64,000 nucleotides of DNA from an uncultured Dehalococcoidia bacterium. Lineage in GTDB: Bacteria > Chloroflexota > Dehalococcoidia > Lucifugimonadales > CATQGZ01. Each line of letters starts with the position of its first letter. The first letter of the stretch is position 1. Location of the stretch: NCBI GenBank assembly GCA_964570875.1, contig CAZMZE010000063.1, positions 9,445 through 73,444 on the forward strand. The letters run 5' to 3'. A program made the position numbers and the translations under genes. The notes under the pieces are model-generated. The model did not search any database and was not told where the DNA came from. It saw nothing but the letters and a program-made list of their open reading frames with translations. This document shows, piece after piece, positions 1-10,400 of this stretch.

Positions 1-2253
1 TTCGGGATTTTTCTATCCCTGTTTATTATGCTCGGGCTTTCGTCGGTTGTGGCCGTTGTTAAATTTCAAGACTTGTCCAAGTATTTTCGCACCAAATGGA
101 AATTAATCTTGATATCAGAGTTCGTATTTTTAGCTGCCTATTTTTTGTTCGTATTTATCCGAATGGTAAATCCTGATTTATGGCACCCGTATAGGGGCGG
201 CGAAAAACCAATGGACCTAGCATATCTAAATGCAATATTGCGTTCTACGTTCATGCCTCCGTATGATCCATGGTTTAGCGGGGGATATATTAATTATTAT
301 TACTGGGGGCAATTTCTGGTAGCTATGGTTATTCGAGTTGCTGGAATTCAACCGGTAATAGCTTTCAATCTAGCTGTAGCTACCTTTTTTGCATTTACAG
401 TGGGGGGAGCATTCTCGCTTGTGTATAACCTTGCTGAATCCACAAGGATTAATTTGACAACCTCCACTTCTTTGGCTAAGGCAGCATTTGATAAAGCGAA
501 ACATCAGATTAATTTTATGTCCGTGGTGGCTGGTTTTACCGGAGTTGCTTTCGTGGCGATATTGGGTAATTTAGACGGGTTTTTTCAATTGATAGAAACA
601 AATTGGAAAGCTGCCTATAATGCGGAGCCCTTCTGGGATCAACTAATTGCCGGATTCGATTTCTGGAGAAGTTCTAGAATGATGGCACCAGATCCTCCTG
701 GGTTCGAAATTACGGAATTCCCCTTTTTCACTTTCATATTCGCGGATTTGCACGCTCACATGATTGCCATACCGGTCACCCTTGTTACTCTGGGGGCATC
801 TTTCACAGTACTGCTTGCATCTCAGGGATTAAGGGAAAGAGGTCTAAATTGGTCGTGGAACCAAGTTATATTGATTGTTCTGTTAGGATTTGTAGTGGGA
901 TCCCTGAGGGTAATCAACGCCTGGGACTTCCCTACTTATTTGGTCATAGCGATTGCTACAATTTTTGTGGCGGAGTATTTTGTACACGGCGGACTTGGAT
1001 TAACAGTCATTTTCAGGTGGCTGGTCAAAAGTTTGTTAATGCTTCTCGTTGGGTATATTGCATTTTTGCCGTACCACTTGAAATACGAATCATTTTTCAA
1101 CAGCTTGCAATTGACCACAAATACCACTGGTATTTGGCAGTTTTTGTCTATAAACGGTTTGTTTGTTTTCATAATCGCATCGTTCTTCATCGTTGAATTT
1201 TGGAAGACTGTATCTACTAACGGTAGAAAAACGAGTCGATTGAGGTTTGCTTTCAGAGAATCCGTGCTTGAAATTAATCTGAGCAGTAGTGTGAACGGAT
1301 CAACGATTTTGGGAATTGTGATGATTGTTGGGGCCTGCACTCTGCTTTTAATTTACAACGATATGTTGGGTACAACTGTGCCATATGTTGTCTTGTTCCT
1401 AGCAGCCACATTGTTAGTTGCTATAAAGTGGGTTTTATCGCAAAGATCTGATGTTCTTGTTCTTGCTTTTGTCGCTATTTTAGTGGTTACTGCCTTGTCG
1501 CTAGTTTTTGGGTTGGATGTGTTCCGAGTTGCAGGTGATATCGACCGTATGAACAGTGTATTCAAGTTTTATCTGCAAATTTGGGTACTAATGGCGGTAG
1601 CTTCAGCTTATATTTTATGGAGGATTTTTTATTTTAATTTGCTCTTATCAGTACGAAAATTCTGGGTAGGCAGAGCATGGTTAGCCGCATGTGTAATGTT
1701 GGTCATGGTGACTGCCATATATCCGATTTTGGGTACTCACGATAGGATATCGGATCGATTTGATGACAGCGATACGTCATTTACTTTGGACGGAACTGCA
1801 TATATCAAAGGGTCTGTGTATAGAGATCCGAAAGGTATTATTGATATCGAATCTGATTTTGAAGGTATTGAATGGCTACTAGAGAATGTTGAGGGATCTC
1901 CAGTGATTTTGGAAGGATTGACTGATTCGTATAGGTGGGGTGGGCGAGTTTCTGTTTACACTGGTCTCCCAAGCGTCATCGGGTGGAAATGGCATCAAGA
2001 ACAGCAGCGGTGGGGTTACCAAGCGGAAGTTGACTATCGGATACGAGATGTAAATCAGATTTACAACACCATTAATGAAGACAGTGCACTGGGATTAATA
2101 AAGAAATACGAAATAGAATACATTTACGTCGGACCTTTGGAAAAGGTCTACTATTCTCCGGAATCTTTGGAAAAATTCGATCGAATGTCTGGTTCTACTC
2201 TAGACATAGTGTTTAGATCTGATAACGTGATCATCTATAGAGTACGTGGATAA
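1..2253 (+). CDS. DUF2298 / Chlor_Arch_YYY-type polytopic membrane protein (5' end cut by window edge)
   Basis: The frame is open from nt 1 up to the listed Met at 28. Many hydrophobic helices, the hallmark GGYINYYYWGQ motif, and a soluble C-terminal domain. Confidence 0.8.
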   Translation, partial: FGIFLSLFIMLGLSSVVAVVKFQDLSKYFRTKWKLILISEFVFLAAYFLFVFIRMVNPDLWHPYRGGEKPMDLAYLNAILRSTFMPPYDPWFSGGYINYYYWGQFLVAMVIRVAGIQPVIAFNLAVATFFAFTVGGAFSLVYNLAESTRINLTTSTSLAKAAFDKAKHQINFMSVVAGFTGVAFVAILGNLDGFFQLIETNWKAAYNAEPFWDQLIAGFDFWRSSRMMAPDPPGFEITEFPFFTFIFADLHAHMIAIPVTLVTLGASFTVLLASQGLRERGLNWSWNQVILIVLLGFVVGSLRVINAWDFPTYLVIAIATIFVAEYFVHGGLGLTVIFRWLVKSLLMLLVGYIAFLPYHLKYESFFNSLQLTTNTTGIWQFLSINGLFVFIIASFFIVEFWKTVSTNGRKTSRLRFAFRESVLEINLSSSVNGSTILGIVMIVGACTLLLIYNDMLGTTVPYVVLFLAATLLVAIKWVLSQRSDVLVLAFVAILVVTALSLVFGLDVFRVAGDIDRMNSVFKFYLQIWVLMAVASAYILWRIFYFNLLLSVRKFWVGRAWLAACVMLVMVTAIYPILGTHDRISDRFDDSDTSFTLDGTAYIKGSVYRDPKGIIDIESDFEGIEWLLENVEGSPVILEGLTDSYRWGGRVSVYTGLPSVIGWKWHQEQQRWGYQAEVDYRIRDVNQIYNTINEDSALGLIKKYEIEYIYVGPLEKVYYSPESLEKFDRMSGSTLDIVFRSDNVIIYRVRG

Positions 2254-2257
2254 AAAG

Positions 2258-3349
2258 TTATAATTTCCCCATCTTTTCTAGAGCATCCCAAAGGTTCAAT
2301 TGTTCAACTGCATGACTTCTGTAGAGTCCTACAGCGTCAGCACCATTCGCTTTAGCGGCTTTTGCTCCGTCAATCAAATGTTGAGATGTCTGAAAACTTC
2401 CTGGATGGTAACATGAAAATTCTGCTATGAAGGGGATTTTCCCGTTGACAATATCTGCCACATACTTTGATTGTTCCTCTACCAGTTTGATCTCAGAACT
2501 TGTTCTCCACCAAATGTACAATTCGTCTATGATTCCATTTTCGATCCATGCAGGCCAATCTTGTAGTACTTTGATATAGTCGCCTGGTCCTCCTGCTATT
2601 ATAGTGGCACTGAACTGGGCTTTAGAGTCTACTTTGATAACCGCATTTTTAACTTCACTCATGAGTCGAGTAACGTAGTCTGCCCGAAATTGCATCCAAT
2701 CAGTGTCGTTGTTAGGAATGTCGAAAGGACTTTTGCCAAATTGTTCAATGAACGGCTGAACTACCGCATCCTCATAACCATAGGTTGAAACATTATTGAT
2801 ATCCTCGTTTCCTATCACAAATTCAACCTGAACCCCATCCCCTTTAGTAGTTTGTAGAGCATCTACGAACCTTTTTACCTGGCTAGCTCTTACTTCGGGA
2901 AAGGCCAAGCTCAGACAACGCTTCTCTCCCGGTTCCAAAGACATGCGTTTGTCTCTGGTGAGACTCCAGAATTCAGGGTGCTCTTTAGCGAATGGATCCA
3001 ACACTTCTTCTCCAGCAGAAGAAGCTCCCCAAATTGGTCTATGTTCGTCAAGTATTTTGCGAGCCTCAGGTGAATCAGCAGGGACCCGTAAGTAAGCAGT
3101 TGACCATCCCTGGCTCTTGCCACGTGATCCGTAGTTGGGGAAGGCCGTATAATTGATATACGGAATAGCTTGCAAGCCTTCTCCATGAGCTGCTTCAACC
3201 GTTACAGATTTCATGCCTGCTGAGATCATCTTGGTGACCCCTATATCGGCACATTTCCTAACCCATTCTCGGATCTCTTTTCCCGTTGTGGGCTCCCCTG
3301 GTTCATGTGGAATGGTAGGTGGTCCCCAAAGTACAAGCTGATTTGCCAA
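2258..3349 (-). CDS. hypothetical soluble protein (no motif I can name)
   Basis: 363-aa ORF. TTG start preceded by AGGAG about 7 nt upstream. Convergent with the previous gene; the stops are only 4 nt apart. Confidence 0.6.
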   Translation of the reverse strand: MANQLVLWGPPTIPHEPGEPTTGKEIREWVRKCADIGVTKMISAGMKSVTVEAAHGEGLQAIPYINYTAFPNYGSRGKSQGWSTAYLRVPADSPEARKILDEHRPIWGASSAGEEVLDPFAKEHPEFWSLTRDKRMSLEPGEKRCLSLAFPEVRASQVKRFVDALQTTKGDGVQVEFVIGNEDINNVSTYGYEDAVVQPFIEQFGKSPFDIPNNDTDWMQFRADYVTRLMSEVKNAVIKVDSKAQFSATIIAGGPGDYIKVLQDWPAWIENGIIDELYIWWRTSSEIKLVEEQSKYVADIVNGKIPFIAEFSCYHPGSFQTSQHLIDGAKAAKANGADAVGLYRSHAVEQLNLWDALEKMGKL

Positions 3350-3610
3350 AATATTACTCCTGTAAATTTATCATTCCAGACCCTATCAGGTAGCGATTGT
3401 ATTTCCGCTGAGCAGGTATAGTCAATGCATTGGCATGGAACTTAACGTCTATATCAGGACAATTCGTAAAACGCTAATGATGTGATTGACAAGAGGTTGG
3501 ATTCGTGGCTACCCTTACAGCAAATTAACGAGAATGTGGCTTGTTCACCCGTGTCGAGTAGTTTGATCTGGGTAAACATTGACCAAATTATTTTAAGGAG
3601 AGAGAGAAGT

Positions 3611-4807
3611 ATGGCATCCGGGAATATGACTTTGGAGTCGCTCAGGAACGACCTTCCTATTACAAAAGAAGTTGCTTATCTCAACACAGGTAGTCACGGT
3701 CCAGCGACTGATTCAGTACTGGCAACTGTAGCTGAGGAGGCGAAAATCCAGTCTCATAATTATGGCACCCCAGCTGTTTCGGCTGATCAAGGGAAGCGTG
3801 AAGCTGGTGCCAGGGAAACAATTGCCAAATTTATTAATGTAAAATCTGATGAAATTGCCATGGCACCGAATACGACCCAAGCTATGAGACATATTTCACG
3901 TAGTATTGGTTGGAGCAAAGGCGATGAGTTTGTAATAACTTCACTTGAGCATGTTAGCACAGTGTCTATGGGCACAGCTCTGGAAGAAGATGATGGAGTG
4001 AAACTTACCGTAGTTGAAGCTGACCAAGGAGATGCAGAATTCCTAGAAGCATTAAAATCAAGTCTATCTGAGCGGTCGAAATTGCTTTGTATAAGTCATG
4101 TTGCTTCTCCAGATGGCAGGATTTTACCAGTGGCAGAAGCAGCGGCGCTGGCCCATGAAAAGGGTGTCCCTGTAGTTGTAGATACTGCCCAGTCTCTTGG
4201 GCAATTTCCGGTAGATGTTCCATCCCTCGGATGTGACTTCATGGTTGCTTCTGGTCATAAGTGGCTACTCGGACCAACTGGAGTAGGAATCCTATGGGTT
4301 TCCCCCGATCAGTTGCCGAGTTTCAAATCTGATCCGGTTCCCGTACGGGAACCATGGAGTATGCCTGGTTCTGATCCTTCACCAATAACGGCACGACATA
4401 TGGCAGAGAAAGGCACTCATAACTCTTCGGTAGTTATAGGTACCGGACGCGCCGTCGAGATTATTGAAGAAATTGGAATTGATGTCATAGCAGATTACAC
4501 CAATAGGCTTGCTTCCATATTAAGAGAAGGGGTTGCACAAATTGATGGTGTAAATATCCTGACCCCGCTGGAGCCTGGTAAGTCATCGGGTATCACCACT
4601 CTGACGTTTGACGGATATGCTCCTGAAGACCTTCAAGGATTAGTAGGTCGAATCTATTCTGATCATAATACTGTAGTGAAATTCCAGTGGTTGACAGCCC
4701 CTATGAGCTTAGACAAAATCGGGATGAGGATATCCACAGGAGCTATAAATTCGGAGGAAGAAGTTAGAGGTTTAATTGCGGCCATAAAAGATGGAACTTC
4801 TAAGTAA
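3611..4807 (+). CDS. class V aminotransferase / cysteine desulfurase-like PLP enzyme
   Basis: ATG at 3611 follows the purine-rich AAGGAGAGAGAGAAG. YLNTGSHGP N-terminus and SGHKWLLGP (PLP-lysine motif). The tracked ORF start at 3482 is probably an upstream extension. Confidence 0.8.
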   Translation: MASGNMTLESLRNDLPITKEVAYLNTGSHGPATDSVLATVAEEAKIQSHNYGTPAVSADQGKREAGARETIAKFINVKSDEIAMAPNTTQAMRHISRSIGWSKGDEFVITSLEHVSTVSMGTALEEDDGVKLTVVEADQGDAEFLEALKSSLSERSKLLCISHVASPDGRILPVAEAAALAHEKGVPVVVDTAQSLGQFPVDVPSLGCDFMVASGHKWLLGPTGVGILWVSPDQLPSFKSDPVPVREPWSMPGSDPSPITARHMAEKGTHNSSVVIGTGRAVEIIEEIGIDVIADYTNRLASILREGVAQIDGVNILTPLEPGKSSGITTLTFDGYAPEDLQGLVGRIYSDHNTVVKFQWLTAPMSLDKIGMRISTGAINSEEEVRGLIAAIKDGTSK

Positions 4808-4822
4808 GAGACCATAAACTTT

Positions 4823-5671
4823 ATGGATTTGACTGAGCAGCAAATTAACTATTTTCAGACCTTTGGCTTCCTGAGATTCGATAAGTTATTTATAGACGAT
4901 GTAGATACGATAACACAGAACTTCGAATATATTTGGGAACAATCAGGCGGAGGACATGGGGGTCAAGATCATGATTATTTACAAAGATCAGCCCTCGCCC
5001 AGTTCATTGATAGTAATGAATATATGTCTAAGCTCATTGATGATGAGCGAATCGTAGGAATAGCCTCTTCTCTACTTGGAGAAGATTTCAACTATTCCGG
5101 TAGTGATGGCAATTACTATGTCGGAGATACGGCTTGGCATTCCGATGGCTACGTTGATAAGAAATATTTATCTTTCAAGATGGCTTTTTACCTAGATTCC
5201 TGTTCGGCAAATACCGGTTGCCTTCGTGTAATACCGGGCAGTCACAAATTTGGGGATAAATTTGGAGACGGTCTATATTTAGCTATGAAAAGTTCTAAGG
5301 ATAATCGAACTGAGGAGCTTTGGGGGCTTGCAGGTGCGGATGTCCCAGCTGTCGCATTGGAGACGGTTCCCGGTGACCTGCTTTTGTTTGATCATAGGAT
5401 TAAGCACTCCTCCTTTGGAGGCGGGACTCGGCGTAGAATGTTTACCATGAATATGGAGCAACGTTATGCAGATGGTGACATTGATCAATTAAAAGATTCC
5501 ATAGCAGATGGAGCCAGATTCTGGGTTAATCGAGCCTACGGGGATGTAATGATAAACACTGCGGACGATTCGCGAATGGTTCACTTAGAGCAAAGATTAT
5601 CAAATGATTCCCACCTCGCTGAGTTGTCTAGAAAAGCTCGAGAACAGATGGATGAACCAAGCCGTAGTTGA
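4823..5671 (+). CDS. phytanoyl-CoA dioxygenase (PhyH) family Fe(II)/2-oxoglutarate oxygenase
   Basis: FGFLRF N-terminus, WHSDG (HxD facial-triad element), distal IKHSS histidine, length typical of PhyH. Confidence 0.75.
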   Translation: MDLTEQQINYFQTFGFLRFDKLFIDDVDTITQNFEYIWEQSGGGHGGQDHDYLQRSALAQFIDSNEYMSKLIDDERIVGIASSLLGEDFNYSGSDGNYYVGDTAWHSDGYVDKKYLSFKMAFYLDSCSANTGCLRVIPGSHKFGDKFGDGLYLAMKSSKDNRTEELWGLAGADVPAVALETVPGDLLLFDHRIKHSSFGGGTRRRMFTMNMEQRYADGDIDQLKDSIADGARFWVNRAYGDVMINTADDSRMVHLEQRLSNDSHLAELSRKAREQMDEPSRS

Positions 5672-5697
5672 AAACCCCCCGAACTAGGTAAAAAGAT

Positions 5698-7125
5698 TCA
5701 AATTGATGGTCGGTTATTTTCCCAGGGGCGAACGGATTCCAGTTGGGCTGCTAGCCTGAAAAGAGAAGCTTCGTCTCCGAATCTTCCAGTGAAATGAACT
5801 CCAATTGGAAGTCCGTTATTATTCCAAAATAGGGGTATCGACATTGCTGGCTGCCCTGTCAGGTTCGCAATATAGGTGAATGGGGCGAATTCCGCAGTTT
5901 TCCTACGGTGTTCAAAAGGATCTCCTCCCGAGTATGAGAGTTCTCCGAGCGGAAGGGGTGGTTTACCGAGTACTGGAGTTAGCCACATGTCAAAGTGCTC
6001 ATAAAATTGGCCGATAGTTCTGGAGAGGCTGTGCATTGATTGGACCTGTAACAAATATTCTCCTCCGCTCACAGATTTTCCCCTTTCTAAGAAGGATGCT
6101 ACAAATGGTTCAAGGTCTCCCTCGCTCGGTTCGCGACCTAACCGTCTACTCCAATCGGCAACACTCCACGAGATTCCCGCCGACATGATTGTGGTAAAGG
6201 TTTTCCACAGAGCTTCAGATTCTACGGGGGGAGATGCTTCTACAACCTCATGGCCTAAAGCGCTACATAGTGAAGCCGCATCTAGAACTGCATTCACACA
6301 GTCTGGGTGGACCTTGGTTCCAAGTGGAGCGTCAGAGGAAAACGCTATCCGTAATTTACCGGGGTCTACCCCAACTTCTTGAGCAAAAGGACGCATTTGA
6401 GGAGGAGACCAGTAAGGATCACCCACTGATGGACCTGAAGTTGCATCAAGCAATGCAGCTGAATCTCTTACACTTCGGGTCAGTGCGTGTTCTGCAACAA
6501 TCCCGCTTATTAAATCTCCGTAGGATGGTCCCAAGGGGTTTCTACCCCGAGTAGGTTTAAGGCCGAATACTCCGCAACATGAAGCGGGTATACGAATTGA
6601 GCCGCCAGCGTCGTTGCCATGTGCCATTGGTAACATGCCTGAAGCGACTGCTGCAGCAGCTCCACCACTGGACCCCCCGGGAGTCCTGTTGGTGTCCCAT
6701 GGGTTTCGGGTTGGACCAAATCTTACGGGTTCGGTCGTGGCTCCGATGGCCATTTCTGGTAAGTTAGATTTGCCAATGGCTATAAGTCCAGCTGATTTCC
6801 ATCGTTTTACTAATTCAGCATCATCTTCGGGCACATAATCTTTAAGAAAATTTGAGGATTCGGTGAATCTAATCCCTGCGTATTCTGCCAAGAAGTCTTT
6901 CACTAGAAACGGAACTCCAGCTAAAGGGCCATCACATAACTGGTTAGCTGCGGTTTCAAGAGCTTCATCGTACATGGTGGTTATGACTGCGTTCAGAATA
7001 GGGTTGAGATGTTCAATACGTTCAATAGTATGTTCCACAAGCTCAATGGGAGAAATTTCTTTCTTTCGGACCAATTCTGCCTGGGTCGTTGCGTCTATCC
7101 AGTTTAATTCGTCGAGTTTTGGCAT
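5698..7125 (-). CDS. amidase (amidase-signature family)
   Basis: GGSSGGAAAAVA glycine/serine-rich AS motif, 475 aa, AGGAGA RBS before the ATG. Confidence 0.9.
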   Translation of the reverse strand: MPKLDELNWIDATTQAELVRKKEISPIELVEHTIERIEHLNPILNAVITTMYDEALETAANQLCDGPLAGVPFLVKDFLAEYAGIRFTESSNFLKDYVPEDDAELVKRWKSAGLIAIGKSNLPEMAIGATTEPVRFGPTRNPWDTNRTPGGSSGGAAAAVASGMLPMAHGNDAGGSIRIPASCCGVFGLKPTRGRNPLGPSYGDLISGIVAEHALTRSVRDSAALLDATSGPSVGDPYWSPPQMRPFAQEVGVDPGKLRIAFSSDAPLGTKVHPDCVNAVLDAASLCSALGHEVVEASPPVESEALWKTFTTIMSAGISWSVADWSRRLGREPSEGDLEPFVASFLERGKSVSGGEYLLQVQSMHSLSRTIGQFYEHFDMWLTPVLGKPPLPLGELSYSGGDPFEHRRKTAEFAPFTYIANLTGQPAMSIPLFWNNNGLPIGVHFTGRFGDEASLFRLAAQLESVRPWENNRPSI

Positions 7126-7307
7126 TGAGTTCTCCTATTGGGATACTATTTCGGGAGTACGCAAAGCAAATGGTATTCTGCGCTTTCGGAATGTGTCAAT
7201 CGATGAGAGGTTTTATTTGGAATAAGCGCTGATCATTCATCCGGCATCATTAGCCTAGAAAATTGCCCCAAAATATATATTTGCGGGTTCATGATCATCT
7301 TCTACGA

Positions 7308-7336
7308 TTGACGTTAGTTCTGGTGAAGACTACACT
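7308..7336 (+). promoter_or_regulatory. candidate sigma70-type promoter for the ABC exporter gene
   Basis: TTGACG (7308-7313), 17-nt spacer, TACACT (7331-7336), about 90 nt upstream of the TTG start at 7424. Confidence 0.35.
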
Positions 7337-7423
7337 CCGATATGCCTTGTAGGTAGTTGGCTAAGTAAACATGTCCAGAGAATTAGCGATCGTCGATTTC
7401 TAATACAGGGAGGTCAGCCGAGA

Positions 7424-10400
7424 TTGTATATTAACAGGAGGCTTTTTACCTATACTCAAGGGCATAGAATGATGCTCTCAGTTGCGGTACTGTTTGGTTT
7501 GTTGGCCAGTGTGGTTGGGGTAAGCAGGCTAGCTTTGTCTGGATACGCATTAGCTCTTGTTATTGAAGGCGATGAGCTAAGTAAAATAACGATCATAGTT
7601 TTAGCAATAGCTGGTTCAATTTTCCTTCGCGCGGTATTCCAGTATTTTAAAGAGACAATAGGACACCGAGTGGCGTTATCCATCCAGATTAGTATGCGGC
7701 GTGAAGTTTATTCTAAGGCAATTGAATTAGGCCCGGGTACTTTAGATCAGAAACGTTCTGGAGATATACTCTTATCCCTTGTGGAGGGAGTGGACCAACT
7801 TGAAAGCTATTTTGGAGAATATATTGCCCAGTTCTTTGTTGCACTGGTAGCTCCTGTTGGCCTTTTCATATTCATGGTTTGGCTGGATGTTACCACCGCG
7901 ATTATCTATCTTGTTGCTGCCATCACTACTTTACTACTTCCCTCTGTTTTCCATTTCTGGAACTCTACATCTGGAGGTTATCGTCGTGAATCATATGCAG
8001 AATGGAGTGCAGAATTTTTAGACAGTGTTCAAGGATTGGCAACCTTGAAAGCATTTGGACAAAGTGGAGAACGTGGCAAATTATTGGCGGTGAAAGCGCG
8101 TAATGTTTATCGCAGCACGATGAAAATTCTGGCTGCTAATCAGGCTACTACTGGTGTAACTTGGCTAGGAATCACCTCTGGTGCAGCCATTGCCTTAGGT
8201 TGGGGGGCACTCCGAGTAGATGATGGGTCATTGGAATTAACAACCTTGTTAGTGGTGATGATGCTTGGAGTAGAAGTGTTCCGCCCTCTGAGAGAACTCA
8301 CATCGCTTTATCATAAAGGGATGCTTGGGATGTCATCTGCTATTGCTGTTTTTGATTTACTGGACTCAAAACCAATAGTTGAAAATGTCACTGAAGGCCA
8401 TGAGGAACAGATTTCAATTCGGCCCACATTAGAATTTCGTAACGTTACATTCAAGTACCCTACGCGAGATACTAACGCCGTATTAGACGTTTGTTTCAAA
8501 GTTGGATCTGGCGAAACCGTTGCGGTAGTTGGTTCTAGTGGAGCTGGTAAGAGTACATTAGTATGGTTAGCTCTCAGATTCTTTGATCCTACTGAGGGGC
8601 AGGTTTTCATTGGTGATTATGACTTGAAATCAATCCCACTTCAGTTCGCGCGTAAGCAAATTGCTGTAGTTACACAGGATACTTATCTTTTCCATGGAAC
8701 TGTTGCTTACAACCTGAAATTGGGCAACCCTAATGCGTCGCAAGATGACTTGGAAAAAGCAGCCAATGCCGCCAATGCATTGGAATTTATCAGAGATCTC
8801 CCTCAAGGATTCGATACGGTAATTGGTGAACGCGGTATAAGGTTGTCGGGAGGACAGCGTCAGAGAATTGCTATTGCGAGAGCAATTCTGACGGAAGCAC
8901 CCATTCTTATTTTGGACGAAGCCTTATCTAGTGTTGATGTAGAGAACGAAGCGATTATCCAGCAAGCTTTGGAAAGGCTTATGGAAGGCCGCACTACATT
9001 GGTAATTGCACATAGACTATCAAGTGTCATTAACGCTGACAGAATAATGGTGATTGAAGATGGGAATCTCGTGGAGCAAGGCACACACCAAGATTTGATT
9101 TCTATACAAGGATCGTATTCAACCTTAATGAAATCTCAGTTAGAGTATGAGCATAGAACCAAGGAATCTATTGAGCTAGACCAGAATGCTCATTTTGATA
9201 CCGAGACTCCCAAAAAAGAATTGAAGGAGCAGTATCAACAATCTTTGGATGCAGAAATTGACCTGTCATGGAGAATCATATTTGGACGGCTTCTGGAATT
9301 AACAGGGCCTCTAACATGGATGCTAGTAGCAACTTTTGTTTTGGGTGTTCTTCGAGTAGTTGTTCTTGTTGGTATCGGGATAATCAGCGCCTTAATTGTT
9401 CGAGACCTTGTAATAAATAACGATCCTAGGCCATTGTTGGTAATTCTCGGGGTGTTAGCAACTATGACACCAGTTCTCCATTGGTTGGAATCGTGGGTTT
9501 CCCATGACATGGCTTTCAGATTACTGGCCGAAATGAGGGTAGCTGTTTTTAATAAGCTTGATCAACTGGCGCCTGCGTACATGTTCAGGCGCAGATCAGG
9601 TGATATTACTTCATTGGTAACATCAGATATAGAAACCCTAGAATTCTTTTTCGCACATACCGTTGCTCCAGCTTTTGTGGCTATAGTTGTGCCGGCATCA
9701 ATTCTGGTTACAGTGGCAGTCGTTCAGTTACCCCTTGCCCTCGTTCTGTTGGTATTTTTGATATTTGTTGCGTACACTCCTTTTCAAGCTCGAAAGGCTC
9801 TTGACAAACTTGGCTACGACTCTAGAGAGCAATTGGGTGAAGTAAATGCTCATATGGTAGACGGTATTCAAGGGATGAGGGAAATTGTAGCATTTGGGCA
9901 AGAACGAAGGCGTATTGATGAAGTTGAAACTAACCAGAGAGCTTTTGGGGCATATAGGCTTAAATTTCTGAAATATCTGTCAGGCCAACGAATTTTAATC
10001 GAGATGGCAAACGGACTTGGAGGTTTGAGTGTTTTAGCAGTCGGTGCGTATTTTGTAAGCGAAGGTAGCTTATCCTCAGAAATGCTGCCTTTGTTAAGTA
10101 TCATTGCACTATCTTCATTCATACCTGTTTCTGAAGTTGCTCAAGTTGTTAAGCAACTAGCTGACACATTGGGGAGTTCACGCAGGTTATTTGAAGTTCA
10201 CGACCACCCAGTGCAGATTACTAGTGGTCCGGGTGTGGCGAAAGAAAATTACTCTGGAAGTGTAATTGCTTTTGAAGAAGTGGATTTCCGTTATGAACAA
10301 GGCCTGGAACGCGTTCTCAAAGATGTTGCTTTCGTTATTCACCAAGGCCAAAAGATAGCCTTGGTTGGGCGTTCAGGAGCAGGTAAAACTACAGTTGCTC

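Noticed and set aside
701-710. T-loop-like GGTTCGAAAT (also GTTCGACTCC near 62953) as a possible tRNA or tRNA-Sec, given that selB is present
   Set aside because: Both lie inside well-supported CDSs, with no flanking acceptor, D or anticodon stems. None of the intergenic regions I read contains a cloverleaf candidate.
3482-3610. N-terminal extensions in the ORF track (3482, 39911, 46754, 47821, 48960, 56352, 53397)
   Set aside because: In each case an internal ATG has a properly spaced SD, and the family-typical N-terminus begins there. The upstream codons are probably untranslated.
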